NCBI RefSeq assembly: GCF_006345805.1
Contig: NC_043008.1
Location: 38,874,001-38,938,000 of the forward strand
DNA length: 64,000 nucleotides
Source: Octopus sinensis
Taxonomy: Eukaryota
Direction: 5' to 3'
Each line of letters opens with the position of its first letter. Positions within the stretch are counted from its first letter, which is position 1. This document shows positions 39,227 to 52,546 of this stretch, piece after piece. The translations under genes were made by a program, and so were the position numbers. The notes under the pieces are model-generated. The model did no database searches, was not told the origin of the DNA, and saw only the letters and a list, made by a program, of their open reading frames with translations.

Positions 39227-39408
39227 TTATAATAATTGTTGTTTTTGATAAACAACTTTATATCTAACAAAATACCACTTAGATCTAATCGCCATTACTA
39301 AACACAAAATAATAAAACTCAGTTTCCCAGCCGATGCACACACACACGCACACGAATACATACAAACATACATGTATTTATTAATGTATGTATGTATATA
39401 TATATATG

Positions 39409-39640
39409 TGTTTCTTTATTGCCCACGAGGGGCTAAACATAGCGGGGACAAACAAGGACAGACAAACGGATTAAGTTGATTACATCGACCCCAGTGCGTA
39501 TCTGGTACTTAATTTATCGACCCCGAAAGGATGAAAGGCAAAGTCGACCTCGGCGGAATTTGAACTCAGAACGCAACGACAGATGCAATACCGCTAAGCA
39601 TTTCGCCCGGTGTTCTAACGTTTCTGCCAGCTCGCCGCCT
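39409..39640 (-). mobile_element. SINE family B, full-length
   Basis: Consensus match. Confidence 0.92.
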
Positions 39641-39690
39641 TTGTATGTATATATATGTATGTGTGTGTGTGTGTGCGTGCGTGTATAAAA

Positions 39691-40015
39691 GCATATCGCT
39701 CAGTGGTTAGAGCGTCGAGCTTACGATCGTGAGGTTGTGAGTTTGAATCCCGGACGGGGCTGCGTGTTGTGTTCTTGAGCAAGACATCTGTTCTTGCTCC
39801 AGTTCACTCAGCTGTAGAAATGAGTTGCGACGTCACAGGTGCCATGCTGTATTGGCCCTTGCCTTTCCCTTGGATAACACTAGTGGCGTGGAGAGGGGAG
39901 GCCGGTATGCATGGGCGACTACTGGTCTTCCATTAACAACCTTGCCCGGACGTGTACTTGGGAGGGTAACATTCTAGCTGCAATCCCTCGATCAGTCATG
40001 ACCGAAGGGGGTCTC
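39691..40015 (+). mobile_element. tRNA-headed SINE, CORE-like segment with a distinct 3' region
   Basis: CTCAGTGGTTAGAGC / GTTTGAATCCC boxes and GTGTTCTTGAGCAAGAC; ends GACCGAAGGGGGTCTC. Confidence 0.82.
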
Positions 40016-40642
40016 AGCATATATATATATTATATATATATATATATAATATATTACGTATCTATATATAAAATATACATTTGCGCAAGTGTCTGGTCGT
40101 GTTTGTGTGTGTGTGTGTGTGTATGGATGTATATATGTATGCTCACAGCATCCCAGTACATACATGCGTAAAAACAGACAGAAAATAATAAACAGAACCA
40201 GAAAGAAAGAGAATGAGATCATAAGAAACCATACTGACCCGTGAAAAAACAAAAAAAAGTTGTAAATAAAACAAAAGAAAATACATGCAAATTTTCTTGT
40301 TTTTCAGTCTCTTTTTAATCCTCGTTTAATTCCGACAAATGATATACTATTTCTATGGACTTCATACCTTGGTAATTGTTCTGCCAATATTTACCAATTC
40401 CTATTAGCTAGCTTTTTACGTAACTGCATTCACAGCATCCATTTCGCGCCATCTGCATATATAATTAGAAGCATGGCGGACCTTGCAGTGTGAAGTTTGG
40501 TTGCCATGTTCAATGTTATCTCAGAATAAGGTATTACGATTGTCAGTGGTATGATAAAGCCCCTTTTACGCATTTGGACACCAAAGAAGAGAACGAAATG
40601 TGAGGAGATATCGATAGATAGGTAGATATATAGCTAGATCGC

Positions 40643-40736
<94 letters not shown>

Positions 40737-41111
40737 GAAGGAAAGAAACAAATCTAGATTGATTGATCTAGTTGGCAAATAACGTCATTCGTCATTAAAC
40801 ATTAGAGCTGAACTGACGTACACAGTTAGGGAGGTGGTGCGTGGGCGCATTATTTATACATACATATATACATGTATGTAGGTATGTTTGTATGTATCTA
40901 TGTATACGTGTATTTGTACAAACATATGCATATATATGCACACATTTCTATTCACGTATACACGAGCATAAATATTTGCATAAAGGGCCATATGTCTATT
41001 TGTATATTGGATAAACACATATCAGTGTATATATAATTATATACATATATATAGTATTACACTACATTCTTATATCATGTTACATTATACTATACCATAC
41101 CACACACACAC

Positions 41112-41171
<60 letters not shown>

Positions 41172-41182
41172 ATATATATATA

Positions 41183-41215
<33 letters not shown>

Positions 41216-41323
41216 GTACATAAGTATGTGTCTGATTATATGTGTGTACATATGTCACCGTACGTGTGTTAATGTGTATGCATGCACGCATGTATATATG
41301 TGTGTATTTATGTACATATGTAT

Positions 41324-41364
<41 letters not shown>

Positions 41365-42474
41365 CGCATGTGTGCCTATGGCTTATATACACGTATATAA
41401 ACTAAAACATGTATGCGTGTATACAAATATGTGTAAACTTTTGTTCATGCGCCTATAATTAATTGTATGTGTGTGTGTGCGTGTGTGTGTATGTGTGTGT
41501 GCGAATGTAAGTATATGTAAATATGGATGAATATATGTATACGTGAGTCTATATGTTTGTGAGTATATAATACAGGAGGGGAAGAAATGGAGCGTGAAAT
41601 AAAGCAGAAGAATGATAGATAAATAAGTAAATAAATAAATAAATAAATACAAATATATGGTGTGTATGATGAATGTGTGTATGTTCACATGTACACGTAC
41701 CTGTATGCGCAAATAGCAATAAAAACAAGCAAACAAGCAATAACAAAACAAAAATGAAAAGCCAGAAATAAATTTAAAAAATAAAAACTGCCTTCTGATG
41801 CTGAAAAACGAAACCAAATAGGCAAACAAAATAACAAAAAGAAAACACAAAGCAAAAAAAGACGAGTGGAAAAAACAAATTTGTGTTGAACTAATATGGC
41901 GGAGAACCGTGTCAAACGCTCGCTTATAGCACTTATCTCATTCGTGTTTCCTGTAATTTATAATTCATTTTGGTTCGCTTTAATCGACGCTCTTTACATC
42001 ATAGGCTTTGTAACCAATCATGATGAATCGCTTTATGATGTCCACCATCGAGAATGCTCCATCTAAGCTTAGACACAAATCAGCACCCACACATCGTTCC
42101 ATAATATATTCTACAACACCACACCGCACCTTACCGCATCGCACTATACGATGCCACGTCGCCAGCGAGGGTTCTTGTAACCGATCAGACAACGTACTAG
42201 AAATAGCAACCAAATTTCCCTCAAATTTAACAGTAAATAAAATTAAGTGGATCTCCGTTGATTTTGATGTTGCATATTCCAGCTGTTTGCTCAATTGAAC
42301 AAACTATTTATTGAATTGGCCTTGAAGTTACTGAGTCTTCCTCTTTCATGTGTACCCTTCATCCAGAACTGTATCAAGACCCGTGGAGGCCCGAAGTACT
42401 TAAAAGGTTTTGGCGCCCCGTCAGACATAGAATTCAAAATGTAAACAATAAAATGTAAGCAGTAAAATGTAAAC

Positions 42475-42673
42475 AGGTGTAGCAGTGGCTGTGTAGGAAG
42501 TAGCTTGCTTACGAACCACATGGTTCCGGGTTCAGTCCCACTGCGTGGCACCTTCGGCAAGTGTCTTCCACTATAGCCTCGGGCCGACCAAAGCCTTGTG
42601 AGTGGATTGGGTAGACGAAAACTGAAAGATGCCCGTCCGTATGTATGTATGTATGTATCTATGTATATGTATG

Positions 42674-42740
<67 letters not shown>

Positions 42741-42982
42741 AAATGCATGTGTGTATGTTTGTGTGTCTGTGTTTGTCCCTCCCCCCCACAACATCTCTTG
42801 ACAACCGATACTGGTGTGTTTACGTCCCCGTAACTTAGCAGTTCGGCAAAAGAGACCCGATAGAATAAGTACTAGACTTACAAAGAATAAGTCCTAGGGT
42901 CGATTTGCTCGACTAAAGGTGGTGCTCCAGCATGGCCACAGCCACATGACTGAAACAAGTAAAAGAGTAAAAGAGTAAAAGA
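42475..42982 (+). mobile_element. SINE family A, full-length
   Basis: Consensus match with a (TAAAAGAG)2-3 tail. Confidence 0.92.
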
Positions 42983-44677
42983 ATAATAAACAATAATGTG
43001 AATTTTTATTTTTCAAAATAAGATAAAGCTAACAGTAAGATGGAAAATAATGTTTATTTTTGTATACTTCCAATTTGTTTATATTTGAAAAAAATTCTCT
43101 ATCTTTTTAATTGCAATGCCTCTAATCAAATCCTCACTATGAACACTTCGGAATTATATTTCCAATCATGTAAACCACTTCGAATATTATTTCAGTAAGT
43201 TTAAGGTGATTTCTTTTGTGCCGTAAGCTATTTTCCATTTCTGTGGTGCTCCTTTCAGTTGATGCCCTAAGTCGTGCTTATTTTGCTTAACGGTTAATCC
43301 AGTGCAGCCTTCACCCATTTAGTGTTCGCCTTCGGTAGAATCCGTGTAACACAGAGTACGAGGAAGCAGAGTATTTGAATTCTAAGCATAATCCATTCAA
43401 TAGGCTTCTATACAGTTTCCTTCACTGAGTTTCGCTCACATGGTTTGGGTTGAGTAGATACTATGGTAAAAGTCACGCAAAATGACATGCAGTGGAAACG
43501 AACTCAGAAAATCGGGATTGCGAAGTGAACTTCTTAACCATGCAGCAATGCTACGTCCAGAATCACTCCCTCCGTTTTTTTTTTTTAAGGACACGTTGGA
43601 TTTCTGCAATTAGGAAGCAAAAGTAGGTTGGTCATGGCTAAAATGCCCTGATCAGAATCGATTTGGAACTCAACAACAACAATAATAATAAAGAAACAAA
43701 CAACGATTGTACCTATACGTGCTTGCTCGAACTGGTAGACATAGCTGGCAGTATCGCCTTCAAACCAAACCTTGCTGCCTTAAACAAAGACATAATAGGT
43801 ATTTAGCATTTAATGCTAAATATCTGGAAATAAAGTTGGTGTGATCATGGTCGGAATGCTTTTGTTCATTGGTTTGTGTTGGTCAAGGCTGATTTGAGTT
43901 CTAAATAGCAAAACGAACAAAAACACCGTACCACTGAATTAAATGCAATTACAATCTTTTCCGCCCCGCATCATGGCAAATATGTCAAGACAACGAGGGC
44001 GCCTCTTAGTGGTCATTTTCACCGGCTGGAAATAGCAGCAAAATTTTCTAAAATCTCACTGCCATATTATGTAAAGAGAGAAGACTTTGGACAATGCATT
44101 CCGTGACACACCATTAAATAACTTAAGATGATCACGGTTGGAACATCTCTGATGTGTCTGCTCTGTCAGGAACGAGTGAGGAAATAAATAACTGCAACAA
44201 GTACAGCAACAGTAACTGCAAAGCAACGAGAACGTGAGATTCTATTCAGTTGCACAGCAGATCAATCTTTAATTACACACGCAAAAAGGTTTTTCTGAAA
44301 GTGGAGAGCACATTGAAAATTGTGGTGAAAGATAAAGGAATAAAATACAAAAATTTCACCGCTGGAACGTCATTAATCATAAGTTCCTTCAACAAAGACC
44401 GACTGGACCCAAATTAATAACACCACACGGGCCGCATCAGAAGTTTGAGCTAAGTTTACTTAACTCCGGCACTTATAGCACAATATATCAGCACACAGAA
44501 CCGTATAAAGAATTAAGAACCAGCGGCGGAGTTTCTACATAGTCTTTTGATCTGCAAAATATAGCAGCAATATCACCATCACATCACACCCTACCGCCAC
44601 ATTAAGTTGCCGCAAGCATTGTTAGTAGGCTCGAATTAGAGATTATTCTTTGATGCTAATAGCGTGAGTCCTGATTG

Positions 44678-44805
44678 GAAGAAGAAGAAGAAGAAGAAGA
44701 AGAAGAAGAAGAAGAAGAAGAAGAAGAAGAAGAAGAAGAAGAAGAAGAAGAAGAAGAAGAAGAAGAAGAAGAAGAAGAAGAAGAAGAAGAAGAAGAAGAA
44801 GAAGA
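44678..44805 (+). repeat. Perfect (GAA)n trinucleotide tract, ~42 units
   Basis: Directly visible. Confidence 0.98.
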
Positions 44806-45539
44806 CCAGCAGCGATAGCAGCAACAGTAGAAACGACAATACCAGCAAAAAGAACAACAAAAGCCTGCAACGACAGCAACAGTAGCAACAATAACAACCC
44901 AAAAGCAGCACCTATGGAAACGAAACCATTCTAATGATTGAAATTGCTGCTAAATCCCTTTCAAATTGCCCTCTCCATTTTAGGAAACATTTAGCGATGT
45001 GGGTCACCGTTCAGTATGCATTGTGCTTACGAAAGATATGGTTTGGTCACGGCTGGAACGCTACATACCATAAACCTGCTCTTCTCTCGTCAACTGTAAT
45101 CCCGGGATCCTGAACAGGGTAGGTCGGTTTGCAGAAATAGGAGCCAAAACCCCCTCTGTCTTAGCTGAAAAATGGAAGAACACATTAGTCCATATATTCG
45201 TTAATACTGTATACTCAGATTTAAAATGGCTTCCAGTGTAGGTGTTCTTAGTTCAGGCGTCACCAAGGGCTAATCTACAACAAAACTCTAACGGAAAGTA
45301 GCATCCACCAATAAAATAAAATAGAATTGAATTAAAATAAAATAAAACAAAATATCATTATCATAATTGCTGCTGAATTCTAAATATTTCTGAGTTTATT
45401 TCAGAATAATGTCGAGAGATAATCCATCGATTCTATTTCATGAGAATTTGCCTATCATATCACAATCCATGTACTTTCCATCCCGACTTCTCCTCTCTTA
45501 CATTTCGCTTCCCTGCTTTCACCCATTTTGAAAACTCTT

Positions 45540-46094
45540 CATTCACTTACTACTCTCCCACTATGACACTCTCTCTCTTTCTCTATCTATCTCTCTTTCC
45601 TAGTTTTTCTTTCTTTAGTTTCTAGGCAACGCTTTTTCTATCCATCTTTCTCTCACGCACCTACACGCTTCGAATTTTCAGGTTATTTTCCTCTTACTTT
45701 CCATCTACCATAACCACTTGCTCTTTCTTTCTTTTTCTCTCTCTCTCTCTCTATCTCCCTCTACGATTACTTCTCTCTCAATCTCTCCGTCTCTCCCTGT
45801 AGCTTTCCGTCTCTCTCTCTCGCCCTCTCTCTAGCACTAACTATCATTCTCCCTCTCTCTCTCCCCATTTCATTCTCTGTATACTCCTCTTACGACCCCT
45901 TCCATTGCATCCTCACCCTTTATTTCTTTCTCTCTCTCTCTCTCTCTCCCTTTCTCTCTCTTCCCCTCTCTCTCTCTCTCCACTCTATTGTTCCCTTTGC
46001 AACCACTTTCAATATATAATTTCCTTTTCTAGCCCTCTCTTATCCTTAGTCTAACTATCAACGTCTTCTCTCCCTCAATTTCTCACTCTTCTGC

Positions 46095-46158
<64 letters not shown>

Positions 46159-46424
46159 ACGTCTCCTTTCCCTCCTGCTTTCTTTTAATCCTCTCTCTCA
46201 CTTCTCTCTCTTAACTATCTCCTGATTTTTTTTACCTCACTCCTCCTTCTCTCACCCCCTCTCTCACCCCTCTTTCCTCTCTCCCCCCTCTCCCCTCCCT
46301 CTTTCCTCTCTTCTCTATCTCTGCACTTTTTCACACGTGCCCCAGCATTGCCACAGCTCGTGAGCTGAAATTAGTTCAATTCAATTCAATACAGTTCAGT
46401 TCACTCTTCGATTAATACTCCCTT

Positions 46425-46464
<40 letters not shown>

Positions 46465-46680
46465 AACTTCGTGCTTCCTTTCACTATCCCTTCTCTCTCT
46501 CCTTCTCTCTCGCTCTCTCTTCACACAATTTCCTTTTCCTTTCTCTCACTCTCTCACTCCTCAAGTTTCTCAAAAATCCCAACTCTCACCACAACCTCAC
46601 TACAACTCTCATTCTCTCTCTCTCATTATCATTTCTCTCTCTCTCTCACTCTCCCTCCCTTTCCCTCTTTATCGATAGCG
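45540..46680 (+). repeat. ~1.1-kb CT-rich polypyrimidine low-complexity tract with embedded (TCTA)n
   Basis: Almost no G on the plus strand over the interval. Confidence 0.9.
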
Positions 46681-46945
46681 ACACTAGTTAACGTTACCTG
46701 CCGCCGTCCTATTTCATGTCAAGCCCTGAAGATATGAAGCTATTATAGAGATAATTTTCAACGTTAGCTTCCGGAGTCTTCTCTATCTGCTATATTCACG
46801 CAATGCATGCAACTGCAACTCAGATTTATTATCACCACCACTACCACCACCATCATCATCATCATCCTCATTATCAGTATTATTGTTGTTACTGTTGTTA
46901 TTATCGTCATCATCGTCAATATCATCAAAATCGTTTATGACATAT

Positions 46946-46987
<42 letters not shown>

Positions 46988-47076
46988 GTCACGAGGTAAA
47001 CATTTCAAAAATTAAGGTAGGATCCAGAAAGTCGATGAGCTAATTTTGATATAACGTATGTGTATGAGGAAATACA

Positions 47077-47115
<39 letters not shown>

Positions 47116-47233
47116 GAATGTTTTTATATATAATGAACGTGAAATACAGTAGGGACGAACACGGAACACAGACAAATCATTCGAAGCCTTTATACACATA
47201 CCTACATGCATAGATATACGCAGTTTTACATAC

Positions 47234-47264
<31 letters not shown>

Positions 47265-47370
47265 ATGTATATATATGCGTGGGTGTGTGAATGGGTTTAT
47301 GTGTTATTGTGTGTCTTCCTGAGTATGATTGATAACATGCCTTCCTTTGAAGTTGTGCAGAAATCCACTG

Positions 47371-47427
<57 letters not shown>

Positions 47428-47569
47428 TGTGTGTGGTGTGTGTGTGTGTGTGTGTGGTGGTGTCTACACCTATCTATCAACGATCGATTCTCCAATCGAA
47501 ACCGACGTATGAGGGTTCAGTTTTTGCTGAACGACCTGCACAAATGATTTGTTTATAGTGATCAAACGT

Positions 47570-47790
47570 TCGCGCCGCACATTAGCTTACTCTCTCCTCC
47601 ATCAAATTGACGTTGTCTGAACAGGTACATGGTGTCATGGTGTACCGCGCATCAGGTATCGAAGTGATCGCAGAGTCATGTGAGATGAAGTGCTTTCCTC
47701 AAGAACACAACGCACTACTCAGTTTTGGAATTGAAACCACGATCTCGCGATCGGGAGTGCAACAGCCTAACCACTAGGCCATACATCCTT
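47570..47790 (-). mobile_element. tRNA-headed CORE-like SINE, diverged
   Basis: Reverse complement TGGCCTAGTGGTTAGG..GGTTTCAATTCC..GTGTTCTTGAGGAAAGCACTT. Confidence 0.75.
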
Positions 47791-47808
47791 ATATATATAT
47801 ATATATAT

Positions 47809-48039
47809 ATTTCTTTACTACCCACAAGGAGCTAAACACAGAGGGGACAAACAAGGACAGACAAACGGATTTAGTCGATTACATCGACCCCAGTGCGTAA
47901 CTGGTACTTAATTTATCGACCCCGAAAGGATGAAAGACAAAGTCGACCTCGGCAGAATTTGAACTCAGAACGTAACGGCAGACGAAATACGGCTATGCAT
48001 TTCGCCCAGCGTGCTAACGTTTCTGCCAGCTCGCCGCCT
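47809..48039 (-). mobile_element. SINE family B, full-length
   Basis: Consensus match. Confidence 0.92.
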
Positions 48040-48054
48040 TATATATATATATAT

Positions 48055-48263
48055 GCATGTTGATTCATTAGCTCCTGCACGCATTTTTTTTTCTCTCCTT
48101 GTTTCTCTCCGTGTTTCTTTTCTGTGTATCTTTCTGTTGAAGAGCGCAGGCTCGAAACGTAAAAGACTTGTTTTATTTCCATTCCTGAGCGCCATACTAA
48201 TACAATTGTTTGTTTGTACTCCACCTGCCTTCGTCTTTTGTTCATTTTCGTAAAGCTTCCTGT
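48055..48263 (+). mobile_element. Family D repeat, hammerhead-like motif at 48129-48166
   Basis: Near-identical to 31420-31627 and (TA)n-flanked. Confidence 0.8.
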
Positions 48264-48417
48264 TATATATATATATATATATATAATATACATACATAAT
48301 ACATATATGGTCACAGGACATCACGAAACGTGTACAACAAAAGGAATACGAAGTACGAGTACATGGAATACGAACTATTTTTTCGAACAGCGAAAGACAC
48401 AAATGGAAAACAAGACA

Positions 48418-48482
<65 letters not shown>

Positions 48483-48572
48483 GAGAGAGAGAGAGAGAAA
48501 ACAAACAGCTAGATAATTTGCTGAATAGAACTGAAAGTTAAGATACGTACGTAGCATGTATACTGTACAATA

Positions 48573-49249
48573 CATAGTGGTAGCTAAAAGATCCTGGACT
48601 AGTTATGTTTAATATAAAATAACTTATTTTTAACATCGTTTCTTTCTAAATAGTCGCCTTACGCAGCACTACACCGGTTCCAGCGTTCCTGTTGCTTTTG
48701 GAATTCAGCATGGGCCTCATTTTTTGTAAGCGATTCGAGGACCTTCTGCTATTCGTTCTTGATCCCGACAAGTATGTAAAAACGACGACTTTTGAGCCGC
48801 ATTTTCATCTTGGGGAAGAGATGAAAGTCTGAAAGTGCTAAATCTGGTGATCAGGGCACGTGCTGAAGCAATACCACGTTGATTTGGACAAGAAACTCAC
48901 GAGTGATGAGAGCTCGATGACAGGGTGCATTGTCGTAGTGAAGAATCCAATTATTCGCGCTCCACCATGTCCTCCTTCAATCTCTTCAAAACGTCGTTCA
49001 TTTTCCTCTTCATTTTCTTCTCATTTCCGGCGGTGACATTCGTGGCAAGTCTTCCAGGTCCCTCATCGTCTGCCAGGGACGTTCTTCTGCTTCTGAGGCA
49101 CCCGTGCCACATGCGAAGTAAACACAGCAATGTCACTCGGCACACTGCCTCATGAAGATCACTGCTAGCTCTCACTGCGCATGCAACCGTGTGCTGCCAT
49201 CTGTTGGCGCGCTACTGTACCAGTCGAGGATCCTTTTAATACCAGCTCG
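48573..49249 (-). mobile_element. Internally deleted mariner (DD34D, irritans-like) with both TIRs
   Basis: The ends CATAGTGGTAGCTAAAAGATCCTGGACTAG and the reverse complement CGAGCTGGTATTAAAAGGATCCTCGACTGG are related and both TA-flanked. Minus-strand translation gives an N-terminal RTSLADDEGPGR..T fragment joined to DNAPCHRALITREFL..SPDLALSDFHLFPKMK..RWNRC..GDYLE. Confidence 0.88.
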
Positions 49250-49260
49250 TAGTATAGTAT

Positions 49261-49385
49261 ATACGACGGGCTTCCTTCGGTTTCCGTCTACCAAATCCAC
49301 TTACAATGCTTTGATTGACCCGAGGATATGGTAGAAGACCCCTACTTCAGGTGTTCCGTAGTGGGACTGTATCCAGAACCATGTT
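49261..49385 (-). mobile_element. SINE family A, head fragment abutting the deleted mariner
   Basis: atacgacgggcttcc..ctaccaaatccac..gtgggactg. Confidence 0.8.
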
Positions 49386-50094
49386 TAAGACTACCATCTG
49401 GTTCTTGAATGCTTTTGACGGCGTCCACTCAGCTACAAGCATAAGAGCTCACAGCTATATCTGTCTGAGTTCAGTTTATATCATTCACGACCGCTTACCA
49501 GTCTCGAAGTATATGTAAAGGATCTTAGGGACTGCCCCTCTTTCATCATTTAAAGATGAAATAATCCTTATCATAAGACGACGGTTTGAAGTACACTCCT
49601 CTTCTTTGCTGCTTGGCAATGATACATTTAGCAAATATACAAAATCAAGACCAAATCGAATTCAGATATGAATTGGGAGGACGGTCCACCATCTACATGC
49701 TGATAATAAACAACGAGAATCACTGCTATACGTATTACTGGATTCATTGTAATTATTGATGTGAAATTTGGCCAAGAAAATTTTATCAAGAAGAAACAAA
49801 ATTAAAACTACAAATAAAATGTTAGATATAAAAACATCTACAAACAGAAAAGAGAATTAGACCAAACACAGGCTGACAAATAGTTAGGAAGCAGAATGCA
49901 GAACTGAAAAAAAAATTGGGAAGGAATTAACGGAACATCACGGTAATGCATTAAACAGAGGAAAATGCCAAAAAAGGTAATATATATATTTATATATATT
50001 TTAATGAATATTATATATTATAATAAATAATGAGGTTTTTAATACCTTTTTTATTTTCTCAAAATTAAGATAAAGTTCTTTTTAATCTAAAATA

Positions 50095-50460
50095 TACTTT
50101 CCTTCATTTTCTACAATCCTCTCTGTGGTAGACTTGCAATGCCCCTCTTCCATAATTCACTTGTCCGTGATGAATAATATTCCTCCAGCACTATTCTGAC
50201 CTCGTCTACAGAATCCATATTTTTCCCATCCAAATAATTTTGAAGACTGCGGAATAAATGACAATCAGATGGGGAAATGTCCGGCGAATATGGTGGGTGG
50301 GGTATCGTTTCCCATTCAAACTGCTCCAGCCTTAGGAATGTCATCCTCGCTGTATGTGGCCGAGCATTATCCTGATGGAAGAACACCTTTTTTTCTTGAA
50401 ACATAAGATGGTCGTTTTCTTTCTAGCGCTGACTAACGCCGCTCAAGCAGTAGAACTCCT
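50095..50460 (-). mobile_element. Mariner transposase C-terminal (DD34D) fragment
   Basis: ORF 50111-50404 contains FHQDNARPHTA..HPPYSPDISPSDCHLFRSLQ..GIASLPQR. No TIR identified. Confidence 0.9.
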
Positions 50461-50664
50461 TTGCTATCGTTTGGTTTGGGTTTTAAAGTTGAAAGTGGAC
50501 TGAAACTTTCATATCCCACCAAACAGATAACAACACCTTATATGGGCTTCCTGTTTCTTTTCACTGTCCTGTTTGTGGTACCAATTTTGACACTCCTCAA
50601 AATCCCAAATTCTATTTTTACTTGCTTCGCGGGAGAAACTGTTTTATCGAAAGAGTATATTGTT

Positions 50665-50843
50665 GTTAAATGCTCGAAATACGAGAGTAGAAAAACGGCC
50701 AACAACTGATGAAGGGTCGTTCTTTAGGTTGTTTGTCTTGTTTTCCATTTGTCATTCGTTGCTCGTAAAAATAGTTCATATTCCATGTACTCGTATTTCG
50801 TATTTTTTCTTTTGTTGTACACATTTCGTGACGTCCTGTACCC
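50665..50843. repeat. Unclassified repeat (family F); inverted copy at 48310-48423, diverged piece at 11185-11270
   Basis: GTTGTTTGTCTTGTTTTCCATTTGT..AAATAGTTC.TATTCCATGTACTCGTA shared with 48310; GCTCGAAA..CAACTG..GAAGGG shared with 11185. Confidence 0.75.
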
Positions 50844-50863
50844 ACATATGTGTGTATATATAT

Positions 50864-50898
<35 letters not shown>

Positions 50899-50899
50899 G

Positions 50900-50963
<64 letters not shown>

Positions 50964-51188
50964 GTAAGCATGTATATATACGTATGTATATATGCATATA
51001 TATTTATATTTTTATTTATGTATGTATATATCTGTCTATCTATCTGTCTATCGATCTATCTATATATATGTGTGTGTGTATGTGTATAGATAGATGGACA
51101 GATAGATAGAGAGAGAGAGATTCATATATACATACACACACACACATACATACACACACACACGCGCACACACACACACACATATATA

Positions 51189-51616
51189 TTCTTTCCTTTT
51201 ATTTGTTTCAGTAATTTGACGGCAGCCATGCTGGAGCACTGCCTTTCGTCGAACAAATCGACCCCGGAACTTGTTTCTTGTAAGCTTAGTACTTATTTCT
51301 GAGTCTTTTTTGCCGAACTGCTAAGTTACGGGGACGTAAACACACCAACATCGGTTGTTAAGTGATGGTGAGGGACAAACACAGACACACACACGCATAA
51401 ATACATACATACATATACATGTATATATATGTATATATATATATATATATACACGACGGGCTTCTTTCAGTTTCCACCTACCAAATCCACTCACAAGAAT
51501 TTGGTCGGCCCAAGGCTTTAGTAGAAGACACTTGTCCGAGGTGTCACGCAGTGGGACTGAACCCAGAGCCATATGGTTGGTAAGCAAGCACCTTACCACA
51601 GAGCTACACCTGTGCC
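51189..51616 (-). mobile_element. SINE family A, full-length
   Basis: Consensus match. Confidence 0.92.
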
Positions 51617-52152
51617 TATACATACATACGCATATAAACATATACACACACACAAAGGTACACACGCACACACACACACACACACACACAGAGATACATA
51701 TATACATACATGCCCGCTCACACCTGTGTGTGTGTGTGTGTCTGTGTGTGAGCGTATCCACGCACGTGATGTGTGTAAATACTTTATTTGTTATAGAAAT
51801 ACACTAGTTACAATATCCTCAACGAGAAACTAATTGAATTTGTAAGACTAGACAGGAAAGTAAGGAAAATAATGAAAACATAAGATAATTTTATCAGAAA
51901 TTAAAAACTACAGAGACATTACGTCGATTGGAAGATTAAAGAAATTTGAGGCAACTATAGAGAAATAACAAGCAAGATAACAAGAGAATCGCCATGAACA
52001 AAATCGTATTAATAGTCGTAGCAATATTTCAGAATAAAAGACTGGAAATTATATGCCAACAGAATAAGCTATTGAAGCACTTCGCTCGTTTGCCAATTGG
52101 AAATAACCAAACGTTTGTTTTCATTGCATTGTCTTGAAAGAAGGACAGTTCC

Positions 52153-52546
52153 CTATTTCTTTTATTGTCCACAAGGGGTTAAACATAGAGGGGACAAACA
52201 AGGACAGACAAAAGGACTAAGTCGATTACATCGACCCCAGTGCGTAACTGGTACTTAATTTATCGACCCTGGAAGAATGAAAGGCAAAGTTGACCTCGGC
52301 GGAACTTGAACTCAGAACGTAACGACAGACGAAATACCTATTTCTTTACTACCCACAAGGGGCTAAACACAGAGGGGACAAACAAGGGCAGACAAACGGA
52401 TTAAGTCGATTATATCGACCCCAGTGCGTAACTGGTGCTTATTTAAGGCAAAGTCGACCTCGGCGGAATTTGAACTCAGAACGTAACGTGAGACGAAATA
52501 CCGCTAAGCATTTCGCCCGGTGTGCTAACGTTTCTGCCAGCCCGCC
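52153..52546 (-). mobile_element. SINE family B, head-to-tail dimer (full unit plus 5'-truncated unit)
   Basis: tatttctttac..ccacaagggg..cagaacgtaacg occurs at 52153-52335 and again at 52337-52546. Confidence 0.9.

Noticed and set aside
41980-42110. YIMERCVGADL, resembling a kinase hinge (MEYCxGGDL)
   Set aside because: The following sequence lacks the HRDLK region and ends in a stop; chance similarity is likely.
50665-50820. CTGATGA and GCTCGAAA in family F as a possible hammerhead
   Set aside because: Could not build a consistent helix III and cleavage site in either copy.
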